Shown here piece after piece: positions 47,539-56,250 of a stretch of 64,000 bases of DNA (positions within the stretch are counted from its first letter, which is position 1; each line of letters opens with the position of its first letter). A program made the translations under genes and the position numbers. A model generated the notes under the pieces. The model saw only the letters and a program-made list of their open reading frames with translations, was not told where the DNA came from and made no database searches. Source of the stretch: Candidatus Babelota bacterium (lineage in GTDB: Bacteria; Babelota; Babeliae; Babelales; UBA12411); contig DOJW01000004.1 in the NCBI GenBank assembly GCA_003511165.1, positions 68,015-132,014 on the forward strand. Reading direction: 5' to 3'.

Positions 47539-47904
47539 ATGTTACCTAAATTTAAATTGATAGCATTATTGCTGACTTCAATTATAGTCCCCCAAATAAA
47601 AACATCTACAGACAATCCCTTAATGCCTTCATTAAAAAAAGCAGATCACGCTCTGCAAAGACAAAGTTTTTTAAAATCATTAAAAGCAAGAAGGGATATA
47701 AATCGGTCTTTGCAATCGCGACGTTGCGTATCAACACCTCCCTTATCTCAAGGTATTGACGCAAGGCAAACGTATGAATTTTATCCAGTTTCACAACAAG
47801 ATGAGATTGATTCCAGAGAGATCGCAGCAGCAATAGCAGCCAGCGAAATAAAAGCTTCGCAGGAAGTTACTTCTCCATCTAGCGAATCAGCTCCTCAGTC
47901 TTAA
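47539..47904 (+). CDS. Small hypothetical secreted protein
   Basis: Signal-like MLPKFKLIALLLTSIIVPQI. Composition is polar and disordered-looking. No family recognised. Confidence 0.5.
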   Translation: MLPKFKLIALLLTSIIVPQIKTSTDNPLMPSLKKADHALQRQSFLKSLKARRDINRSLQSRRCVSTPPLSQGIDARQTYEFYPVSQQDEIDSREIAAAIAASEIKASQEVTSPSSESAPQS

Positions 47905-47955
47905 AAAAACAAGAATAAATAGAAACGTTTAATTAATTAATTAACAAGGAAATAT

Positions 47956-48294
47956 ATGTTTAAAAAAATAATTTTACTTACAACAGGAATATTAAGTTTA
48001 ATATCAGCAAACAAAAACTTAATGGCAAAAGAATCTCCCTTCAGACATAGACAAGAAATAATAGAACAGGAACAAAACGCAGAAACTATTCAACGCAATG
48101 CTTTAATAAACCTTCTAGCCCATGCAATATTTCTACATGAAAGAGAAATGGGGCATGTAATCGATTCAGCTATGTTAATTCGTATAGCAAATATGAATCA
48201 CATTTCGCCCCTAGATTTAACAGCGGCTATTAATCAATTTAGAACTAGACATCTTGATCCAAGATACTCAGAAGATAGACAAAATAATTCATAA
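47956..48294 (+). CDS. Small hypothetical secreted protein
   Basis: Signal-like MFKKIILLTTGILSLISANKNLMA and an AAGGAAA RBS. Confidence 0.5.
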   Translation: MFKKIILLTTGILSLISANKNLMAKESPFRHRQEIIEQEQNAETIQRNALINLLAHAIFLHEREMGHVIDSAMLIRIANMNHISPLDLTAAINQFRTRHLDPRYSEDRQNNS

Positions 48295-48330
48295 AAATAT
48301 GCTTCATTGATAAAAACACAAAATTAAAAT

Positions 48331-48368
48331 AAATTAAGCCAGTTTTATTCGTAAAACTGGCTTAATTT
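48331..48368 (+). terminator. Strong rho-independent terminator
   Basis: A 17-bp perfect stem aaattaagccagtttta / taaaactggcttaattt with loop ttcg. Confidence 0.8.
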
Positions 48369-48428
48369 ATTACCATCAATTTGTATCTTCAAAACATTAA
48401 TAAACCAAAACCTTTGGAACATTATTTC

Positions 48429-49043
48429 ATGGATAACGATAAAAAATTTTTTGCAGAAATTGTCGCAAGTTCCCTTGCAAATTATACCGCACAATGTTGG
48501 CAATGGGACAATTTACCATCCTTTGGGTCTTTAGTTTTAGTCGAAACAAATGAACAAATAAATTTTGGAGTTGTAACGCAAATTCAAACAGGATCACTAG
48601 ATGCTTCTCGATATCCCTTTGCTTATCAAAAAACAGAAGAAGCGCTCAAAGTAGAGCAACCTCAGATTTTTGAACTTCTAAAAACAACATTTCAAGTACA
48701 ATTAATAGGTTTTTTAGACAGGACAGAATCTCCACAAATTCTTTATTACCAACTTCCAATCAAACCTTGCAAAATTCACTCTTTTGTTGCTTTTGCATCA
48801 GACCGTTTAACTTTAGATTTTTATTCTCGTCCCGATTTTTTGTACATACTTTTTGGGTTTGAACAAGAAATTCCAAACCTCGATGAACTCTTGCTTACAA
48901 TCTTAAAACAATTATCAAAGCATAAAATTTTAACTCCAGAGTACATTGATAAATTTTATGAAACTTTATCTTTGCTTACAGGAAATGATTATAAAAGATT
49001 AAAGCTATTTTTAAGACGCGCTCAATACCTTTTAAATATTTAA
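48429..49043 (+). CDS. Hypothetical cytoplasmic protein
   Basis: No signal peptide. The ATG at 48429 (MDNDKKFFAEIV) is preferred, since the TTG at 48381 abuts the terminator. The N-terminal FGSLVLVE..INFGVVTQI is vaguely barrel-like. No confident family. Confidence 0.5.
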   Translation: MDNDKKFFAEIVASSLANYTAQCWQWDNLPSFGSLVLVETNEQINFGVVTQIQTGSLDASRYPFAYQKTEEALKVEQPQIFELLKTTFQVQLIGFLDRTESPQILYYQLPIKPCKIHSFVAFASDRLTLDFYSRPDFLYILFGFEQEIPNLDELLLTILKQLSKHKILTPEYIDKFYETLSLLTGNDYKRLKLFLRRAQYLLNI

Positions 49044-49138
49044 AAATAAGGAATAATCTATCCCTGCTGAAATTTTAATTTTATCTATGTTATAATTTCC
49101 TTTTGTTATTAAATTTATTAAATAAAAAAGAGATCTTT

Positions 49139-50032
49139 ATGTTTAATTTTATAAAAGAAAAATTCAAAAAAATTTATAGTTCTTTCACAGAAAAAGCCAT
49201 TTCACTTTTTTCACGTGATACAATCGATGAAAGCTTTCTAAAAGAGCTTGAAATCTTATTAATATCCTCTGATGTTGGAGTTGCTACAACTAATAAAATA
49301 ATGGAGCAACTAAAACAAGATCTAAAAAAACAAAAAATTAAAACGGTTGCTGAAATCAAAGTAGAACTCGAAAATCAACTGCTTTTACATCTCAAAGAAC
49401 ATTCCAATTCGCAAGAAACTCCCAAAGTTTTACTTCTTGTCGGTATTAACGGTAGTGGTAAAACTACATTTGCATCTAAATTTGCTCATCAATTAAAAGA
49501 AGAGGGCAAAAAAGTATTGCTTGTAGCAGGGGACACATTTAGAGCTGCAGCAACAGAGCAGCTTACACAGTGGGCAAAAAAAATAAACGTGGATGTTTTT
49601 GCAGGCAAAGAAAACCAAGATCCTGCATCATTGATTTTTGATGCATGTGGCAAATTCGTTGAAGAAAAATATGATCATATCATCATCGATACAGCAGGAA
49701 GACTCCAGACAAAAGTAAACTTGATGAAAGAGTTAGAAAAAATAAAAAAAATAATTAATAAAAAATTACCTAATGAGCAAATAAACTCTTGGCTTGTAAT
49801 CGACGCGATGCTCGGTCAAAATTCATTTCAACAAGCTAAAATTTTTCATGAATCTACAAACATTGATGGAATAATCCTCACAAAACTTGATGGAACAGGA
49901 AAGGGTGGAATAATATTCTCAATAACAAAAGAATTCAAACTTCCCATTTTGTATATTTCTTTTGGCGAAAAGCTTGAAGATGTTAAAAGTTTTAACCCTG
50001 AGGAATATGTAAAAAACCTTTTTGGAGAATAA
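49139..50032 (+). CDS. ftsY: Signal recognition particle receptor FtsY
   Basis: The NG domain has GINGSGKTTF, DTAGRLQ, and TKLDGTGKGG. The start is taken at MFNFIKEKF. Confidence 0.93.
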   Translation: MFNFIKEKFKKIYSSFTEKAISLFSRDTIDESFLKELEILLISSDVGVATTNKIMEQLKQDLKKQKIKTVAEIKVELENQLLLHLKEHSNSQETPKVLLLVGINGSGKTTFASKFAHQLKEEGKKVLLVAGDTFRAAATEQLTQWAKKINVDVFAGKENQDPASLIFDACGKFVEEKYDHIIIDTAGRLQTKVNLMKELEKIKKIINKKLPNEQINSWLVIDAMLGQNSFQQAKIFHESTNIDGIILTKLDGTGKGGIIFSITKEFKLPILYISFGEKLEDVKSFNPEEYVKNLFGE

Positions 50033-50923
50033 ATGGAAATAAAAGTTTTAGATCTTATAAAAAAAATAAGCAGCCAATTAATAATGATTTGTAAAAACGA
50101 AACACTTGCAACTCAAGAAGCATGGTGGCTCCTTGAAAAACTTTTAGAAAAAACTCAAACACAACTTTTAGTGCAAGAAAAAGTAATTCTACACAAATCC
50201 CAAAATGAAATTTTACAAAAATGGGTAGAGCGTCGATTGAAAGATAAAGAACCAATTCAATACATTTTAGGCTCCGTCCCATTTTGTAGTGTGCAAATCC
50301 AAGTTGCTCCTCCAGTTTTAATTCCACGTCCAGAAACCGAAGAATGGACAAGCTGGATAATCGAAAAATTAAAAACTATAAAAGATAAAAATTTAACAAT
50401 TTTAGATTTGTGTTGCGGAAGTGGATGCATTGCTCTTGCTATTGCAAAAGAATTTCCAAATTTCAAAATATTCGGCAGCGATATCAACCCAAAAGCAATA
50501 GAACTTTCAATAAAAAATAAAATTTATAATAAAACTGAAAATGCAGAATTTGTTCAATCTAATCTTTTCGAATATTTCAAAAATAAAAATATAAAATTCG
50601 ATCTCATAGTCAGCAACCCTCCTTATATTTCTCAAACAGAATGGGCCACTTTAAGCGAAGAAGTTAAAACATGGGAAGATATCAATGCGCTAGTTGCTCC
50701 AGAAAATGGCCTAGAAATCTACAAAAAAATAGCAAAAGAAGCTATTTACTATTTGAAAACAGAATCAAAGCTAAAATCTAAATTAATCCCGCAATTGATA
50801 GTTGAAATTGGGCAAAATCAAGGAATAAGTGTAAAAAACATTTTTATTAATACGAAGGCATCTGTTTCGGTTCATAAAGATATCGAAGACAAAGACCGCT
50901 GGATAAGTGTAAGTTTTCCTTAA
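50033..50923 (+). CDS. prmC: Release-factor glutamine N5-methyltransferase PrmC (HemK)
   Basis: EPIQYILG, SAM motif DLCCGSGCIALA, and catalytic SNPPYI. Confidence 0.9.
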   Translation: MEIKVLDLIKKISSQLIMICKNETLATQEAWWLLEKLLEKTQTQLLVQEKVILHKSQNEILQKWVERRLKDKEPIQYILGSVPFCSVQIQVAPPVLIPRPETEEWTSWIIEKLKTIKDKNLTILDLCCGSGCIALAIAKEFPNFKIFGSDINPKAIELSIKNKIYNKTENAEFVQSNLFEYFKNKNIKFDLIVSNPPYISQTEWATLSEEVKTWEDINALVAPENGLEIYKKIAKEAIYYLKTESKLKSKLIPQLIVEIGQNQGISVKNIFINTKASVSVHKDIEDKDRWISVSFP

Positions 50924-51013
50924 ATAAAGGCTTTTTTCAAGTTTAATTGACACAAAAACCTTCTCCTTTAACCTAAAAAAGTAACTTTAATTATTCTTAG
51001 GGTGGGGACTTTT

Positions 51014-51925
51014 ATGAAATTAAATTTTAAATTAGCATTTATTTTTGCAGTATCAGTTGCGCCTATATTAAAAGGTCAACTTTCTTTGGACCATGCAAAT
51101 TTTGTAAATCAAAATAGACTTCCACAAGAAACATTATCAAAAGCAGACAAAATTTTTGCACAAAAAGAATTGCTTATGGAGTTAACAAGCAAAGCTAAAG
51201 AATTTAGCAATTCAAATTTAAATTTTTCGCCCAAAAATTCTTTGCTCAAGGAAGAACTTCTCAAATTAAAAATCATAAAAACAAAAAATGTTCACGATCA
51301 TATTCAGATAATCTGCAGACACTCAGATTTGCCTGGATTTATTTTAAAAATGGCATTATCAACTTCCACAAACGCTTCCGCAAACAATAGAAATATTAGT
51401 CGCGTCGTAGGTGTAAATTTAATTTCTGATTATATAAAAAGAAAAAATTTTAAACATGTTATGGTTCCCAAAAAGTATTTATATCATTTGCCAACCCATA
51501 GCGAAGATCTAAATGATGACAACTATGTGGTATTTGCAGAAGAGCTACAAATATTATCGGATGGTGAAAGCGAAACACTTTTTAGCCAAATAGACAGACA
51601 TGCACTAAAAGAACTAAAAGAAATAATCAAAAAATTCGGATATAAAGATTTTTCATTTGATAATATTCGCATTACATCAAACGGTGGTAAAATAACAATC
51701 ATCGATACAGAACAATTCAAAGGGTTTGATACAAGCGATACAACAAAATGGAATAATTCTCCATTCTTACAAAAAATTGATGGTTTAATGGGCGCAGCTA
51801 AAATGGATATGTATTTAGCAAAAGATACAAAAGAAAATCCAGCTACTCCGTCCGAGCATCCGAGCATTCCCAAACCTAATGTTGCCAAAGTTCTTACAAA
51901 ATTATTTTCGCCTGGTTGGCTATAA
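51014..51925 (+). CDS. Secreted protein with protein-kinase-like (APH/choline-kinase-type) motifs
   Basis: Signal MKLNFKLAFIFAVSVAPILKG. Candidate beta3 Lys in GFILKMA, a hinge-like YVVFAEEL, and a Brenner-type catalytic motif DFSFDNIRI (D-x4-N), followed by ITIIDTEQF (metal-binding D). Confidence 0.55.
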   Translation: MKLNFKLAFIFAVSVAPILKGQLSLDHANFVNQNRLPQETLSKADKIFAQKELLMELTSKAKEFSNSNLNFSPKNSLLKEELLKLKIIKTKNVHDHIQIICRHSDLPGFILKMALSTSTNASANNRNISRVVGVNLISDYIKRKNFKHVMVPKKYLYHLPTHSEDLNDDNYVVFAEELQILSDGESETLFSQIDRHALKELKEIIKKFGYKDFSFDNIRITSNGGKITIIDTEQFKGFDTSDTTKWNNSPFLQKIDGLMGAAKMDMYLAKDTKENPATPSEHPSIPKPNVAKVLTKLFSPGWL

Positions 51926-52010
51926 TTTAAAACAAAATTTATTTTCTAGTTTTTTTTATTGTGTTAAAATCCAAGCATCTAAAAATACCCTAATTTAAAA
52001 GGACTTTAAT

Positions 52011-52472
52011 ATGCACAATAAAAATTTATTAGTTATCTCTTTATCTTGTTTATTAACTTCAAATTTGTTATCAAGCGATAAAAAACAGAATTTTAATTTT
52101 TCTCCTTTTCCAGATCCAGATAATACCTCATCATCCCTTAGCTATGATGTCGGAGACCTCAATGATGACAGACTAAACGATTTTGATTATCAAGATTTTT
52201 TAGGATTTAATTTAACACAAGAAGAATTATTAAACATTCGATGGGAAAATACCCGTAAAAATTTTAAGCTAAATCAAATAATTGCAGCTAGAAGCCGTCA
52301 TCTTGAAGTTAAACCTAACGGAAAGCCTTTTATTGAGGTGCGATTTCGTTTTGGTAAAATTATAAGCCTAATGGAAGAGAATGTTATAGTTACGCTAGAT
52401 AAAAAAAAACAAATTTTATTAGAATTACCCTATTCCGATATAGGTATAATAAAGCAAAATAGGAGAATTTAA
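52011..52472 (+). CDS. Small hypothetical secreted protein
   Basis: Signal-like MHNKNLLVISLSCLLTSNLLSS. The stop overlaps the next gene's ATG (TAATG), suggesting translational coupling. Confidence 0.5.
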   Translation: MHNKNLLVISLSCLLTSNLLSSDKKQNFNFSPFPDPDNTSSSLSYDVGDLNDDRLNDFDYQDFLGFNLTQEELLNIRWENTRKNFKLNQIIAARSRHLEVKPNGKPFIEVRFRFGKIISLMEENVIVTLDKKKQILLELPYSDIGIIKQNRRI

Positions 52473-53134
52473 TGTTAAAAAAATATTTATTTTTAATATC
52501 ATTAACTTTTGGAATATTTAATTTAAACTGTGAAATTGAAAAAATTTCGATCCAATTAAAACATTTAAAATGTCATCATTGCTATAAATTACTCGCAAAC
52601 GAATTATTAAAAATGGAATCTGTCAGAGCAGTAAATATTGACGATCAACATTCTTCTCTTTCTTTAGAATTGAATAAAAAAACTAATTTTAATTTAAGTT
52701 CACTAAAAAATATTATAGAAACCTCTTCTGATTACAAGCTCGTAAAAACAGAAATCATTGCTACAGGATGGATTATTCAAGAAGGTAACTTTTTAGCTTT
52801 TAGCGTGAAAAACAGTTTGCAAAAAATATATCTTGCAGAAGTTTTGCCTCCGCAAAATAAAAAAGAAGAAAATACTAAAGATGTAACACAAAAAGTTAAA
52901 AATGTTGGCAAAAAAGCATGGAGTGCAACTTCATCATACGTTCAAAGTTTTACCGCTGAAGCAAAATTTGAAGAAGCTGTAAAAAAATATTCGCAAAATC
53001 ATGTTCTTTTAGAGTTAACAGGTTTAATAACAGAAGATGCAAAAGGCAAAATTTGGTTAACAAATAAAAAACATGCGCAGTTAAAAGATGTCGCTGCGGA
53101 AAAATCAAAAAAACTAAGTTTAGCTTTTAGATAA
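52472..53134 (+). CDS. Exported protein with HMA-like (CxxC) metal-binding N-domain
   Basis: A signal-like N-terminus is followed by ISIQLKHLKCHHCYKLLANELLKMESVRAVNID..SLSLEL. This is a ferredoxin-like HMA pattern with CHHC in place of the usual MxCxxC. It is convergent with, and 3 nt from, the copper ATPase. Confidence 0.5.
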   Translation: MLKKYLFLISLTFGIFNLNCEIEKISIQLKHLKCHHCYKLLANELLKMESVRAVNIDDQHSSLSLELNKKTNFNLSSLKNIIETSSDYKLVKTEIIATGWIIQEGNFLAFSVKNSLQKIYLAEVLPPQNKKEENTKDVTQKVKNVGKKAWSATSSYVQSFTAEAKFEEAVKKYSQNHVLLELTGLITEDAKGKIWLTNKKHAQLKDVAAEKSKKLSLAFR

Positions 53135-53137
53135 ATT

Positions 53138-55183
53138 TTATTTAAAAATCAATTTTGAGTTCACGGACACTATTATTACGCTTACCGCCATAAATATTGC
53201 GCTCACAGATGGATTTATCATTATTCCAAAATGATACAAAACTCCAGCTGCAATTGGCATAGCAACCATGTTATAACCCAAAGCCCAAAATAAATTTTGT
53301 ATTAATTTCTTCTTTGTCAATTTTGATAATCTAAATATTTCTAAAATTTTAGTTAGATCATTTTTAACCAAAATTAGATCTGCCGATTCTATTGCAATTT
53401 CAGTCCCACTTCCAATAGCAATTCCCAAATCGGCTTGAGCCAATGCGGGAGCATCATTGATACCGTCACCAACCATCGCAACCTTTTTACCCTCTTTTTG
53501 AAGTTGCATAATTATTTCAGACTTTTTATCAGGTAAAATTTCTGCAAAATAGTTTATTCCTAATTTTGTAGCCAAGTTTTTCGTTACATTTTCACTATCA
53601 CCTGAAACCATATAAATTTGATATTTTAAATTTTTAAGTTTTTCACAGACGTCAAAAGACTCTTCTCGCAAAACATCTTCAAATATTATAAGTCCTAGAA
53701 ATTTATCTTCTCGAGCTATAAAAACAGTACTATTACCTTTTTCATTAATTTCTTTTGATAATTGTTTTGCTTTTATAAAATCTTGTTCAAAATTTTTAAA
53801 ACTAAAATCTTCTTCCATTAATTTTGCATTACCAATCGCAAAAAGCTTGTCTTCTATTTTGCCAATAACACCTTTACCTGGTATTTGTTTAAATTCAAAA
53901 ACTTTTGGTAAAACCAAATTTAAATTTTCAGCTTTTTGTAAAATTGCTAAAGCTTTCCCATGTTTTGCATTTTGTTCTAATGCAGCTGCATATTTGATAA
54001 AACTCAAATCCGGATCTCCCCAAATATTTACTGCTTCTACTACCGATAATCTTCCATAAGTTAATGTTCCTGTTTTATCAAAAATAATTGCGTTTACTTT
54101 ATGAGCGCCTTCAAACGCATCTTTATTTTTTATAAAAATACCATTTAAAGCGGCAATCGAAATAATTGAGGATATTACCAAAGGAATAGCTAAACCAAGC
54201 GCATGTGGACATGATACAACCATCACAGAAACTAGACGTTGCAATGCAAATGAAAAATTATTTTGTATAACAAACCAAATTAAAAAAGCTAAAAGTCCAA
54301 AACTTAAAGATAAAATTGTTAAAATAAAAGCAACTTTATCAGCCAAATTTTGAATTTTAGATTTACTTGTAAGTGTTTTATTAACCAAATCTATTATCTG
54401 TGACAAATAAGAGTTTTTACCTTCTTTTTGTACTTCAATTTTTAAAAAACCATTTTCATTTATAGCACCAGCAAGAACTTTATCTCCAATAGATTTTAAT
54501 ACCAGCTTTGACTCCCCCGTCAAAAACGATTCATTTACTTCTGAAGATCCCTCAAAAACTATACCATCTGCGGGAACTTTTTCGCCCGGACGAATTAAAA
54601 TTTTATCTCCGAGTTTAATTTTTTGGATTCCTATATCTTCAATTTTATCTCCGCTGACAATTAAATGCGCAGTCGAAGGTAAAAGTTTAGCAAGGCTTTC
54701 TACAGCCACAAAAGATTTCATTGCTATTTTCATTTCTATGTAATGCCCTAATAGCATAACAACAATCAAAGTAGAAAGTTCCTCGAAAAACATTTGATCT
54801 GTTAATCCAAAAACGGCAAAAAAGCTATAAATGTAGCTTACTGAAATCGCTATTCCGACAAGAGTCATCATCCCAATACTTTTAGACCTTATCTCAGAAA
54901 TGAGTCCTTTCAAAAAAGGATAACCACCATAAAAATAAACTATCGTTGCAAAAAATAATAAAATCCATTCTTCATAAGGTATTTCAAAAGAAACTCCTAT
55001 AGTAAAAATAAGTAACTGTTGGAACCATGGAGAAAAAAGTAAAATTGGAATTGTAAAAATTATTGAAACAATAAACCTTTTAAAAAAATCTGATGTCATA
55101 TTCGAGGTATGCATAGAATGCATTGAGTGTACGTTTGATTTCATAGCAGCGTGACTCATTTCATGGCCACATTTTGTATTCAT
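53138..55183 (-). CDS. copB: Heavy-metal P1B-type ATPase, CopB-like (His-rich N-terminus, CPH motif)
   Basis: His-rich N-terminus GHEMSHAAMKSNVHSMHSMH. Also TGES, the TM6 motif SCPHALGLA, DKTGTLT, and GDGINDAPAL. Confidence 0.88.
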   Translation of the reverse strand: MNTKCGHEMSHAAMKSNVHSMHSMHTSNMTSDFFKRFIVSIIFTIPILLFSPWFQQLLIFTIGVSFEIPYEEWILLFFATIVYFYGGYPFLKGLISEIRSKSIGMMTLVGIAISVSYIYSFFAVFGLTDQMFFEELSTLIVVMLLGHYIEMKIAMKSFVAVESLAKLLPSTAHLIVSGDKIEDIGIQKIKLGDKILIRPGEKVPADGIVFEGSSEVNESFLTGESKLVLKSIGDKVLAGAINENGFLKIEVQKEGKNSYLSQIIDLVNKTLTSKSKIQNLADKVAFILTILSLSFGLLAFLIWFVIQNNFSFALQRLVSVMVVSCPHALGLAIPLVISSIISIAALNGIFIKNKDAFEGAHKVNAIIFDKTGTLTYGRLSVVEAVNIWGDPDLSFIKYAAALEQNAKHGKALAILQKAENLNLVLPKVFEFKQIPGKGVIGKIEDKLFAIGNAKLMEEDFSFKNFEQDFIKAKQLSKEINEKGNSTVFIAREDKFLGLIIFEDVLREESFDVCEKLKNLKYQIYMVSGDSENVTKNLATKLGINYFAEILPDKKSEIIMQLQKEGKKVAMVGDGINDAPALAQADLGIAIGSGTEIAIESADLILVKNDLTKILEIFRLSKLTKKKLIQNLFWALGYNMVAMPIAAGVLYHFGIMINPSVSAIFMAVSVIIVSVNSKLIFK

Positions 55184-55211
55184 AACAACTCTCCATTTTA
55201 AATAAAAATAT

Positions 55212-56054
55212 TTATTTTATTCCCTCAAGCGCGCATCCTTGAGCAACTAGCCATTCTGCTTTTCTTTTTGACAATCCAAGCTTTTGTATTTCTTGTGATT
55301 TATCTTTTAAATCGCTACACAAAACGATCCCATTTTGCAGCAATAGGTTCAGTTCTTTTTGGGTCAATCGATTTAAACAGGTAATAGGATGCAGCTTATT
55401 TCTTTGGATCAATTGTTCCAAACTTCCATCTTTTGGATAACCCCAAGATATTAGATTTAGACCTACACATTCACCATACGCAATAGCATCAGAAGTAAAT
55501 TTTGTGTTAGTTACAAGAAAACATTTTGAAAACATTTTTGATTTATCTACTTTTTCAAAATATTTATTTACGTCATCAAGTCTAGCTTTTACATAAAGTG
55601 GAATTTTTACATTAGAACGATATTCTTGTTTGTTATGAAATTTGCACTCAACCAAAACTTTCTGATGGTCACTTTCTGCAAGAACATCAACTTCATGAGT
55701 TACACAAAAACCATTTACAGTGCTACCAACATTAACTTTGTATCCCTCTTTTTTCAAAATCGAAGCTACAAAATGTTCAAATGGATAGCCGCTCGGGCCT
55801 AATTTTAAAAGCGCCTGTTTTAAATTGTACCTTCCAGCAACAGACCTTTCATCTCTTTCTTTCAAAAATTTCCATGTTTGTTGATAAATTTCTTTGGTCG
55901 AAATTCCTGCCTTAAATGTTGGTAGCAAATCTTCCATAATCATTTCTAACATTTCGTTAGTGCATCCAGCTCGCCTTAGAGATCTTTGATATTTAGCTAT
56001 AGAAAATAACTCTTTTTCACCACTGATCTTTGTAACATAAAATTTTCTTTCCAT
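55212..56054 (-). CDS. ATP-cone domain fused to Mrr-like PD-(D/E)xK nuclease domain
   Basis: The N-terminal ATP-cone pattern is YVTKISGEKELFSIAKYQRSLRRAG..ISTKEIYQQTWKFL. The nuclease core is YPFEHFVASILKKEGYKV..HEVDVLAE..VLVECKF (E..D..ExK). The C-terminal helical region is HhH-like (QKLGLSKRKAEWLV). Confidence 0.7.
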   Translation of the reverse strand: MERKFYVTKISGEKELFSIAKYQRSLRRAGCTNEMLEMIMEDLLPTFKAGISTKEIYQQTWKFLKERDERSVAGRYNLKQALLKLGPSGYPFEHFVASILKKEGYKVNVGSTVNGFCVTHEVDVLAESDHQKVLVECKFHNKQEYRSNVKIPLYVKARLDDVNKYFEKVDKSKMFSKCFLVTNTKFTSDAIAYGECVGLNLISWGYPKDGSLEQLIQRNKLHPITCLNRLTQKELNLLLQNGIVLCSDLKDKSQEIQKLGLSKRKAEWLVAQGCALEGIK

Positions 56055-56250
56055 AATTTCTCCTTTTTTAATTATTCGGAAATTTTTTATATGTTACAAA
56101 AACTCAAAAGACAAAATCGATTAATTTAGAAATTATAAAAAATTAAATAAAACTTTCAAAAAATATATCTAAAATTTTTTAAAGTATAGCCATTAAAACT
56201 CTTCTTAAATACAATGTGGAGAAATATAAAAATTTTAGAAAGGTGTTTTT

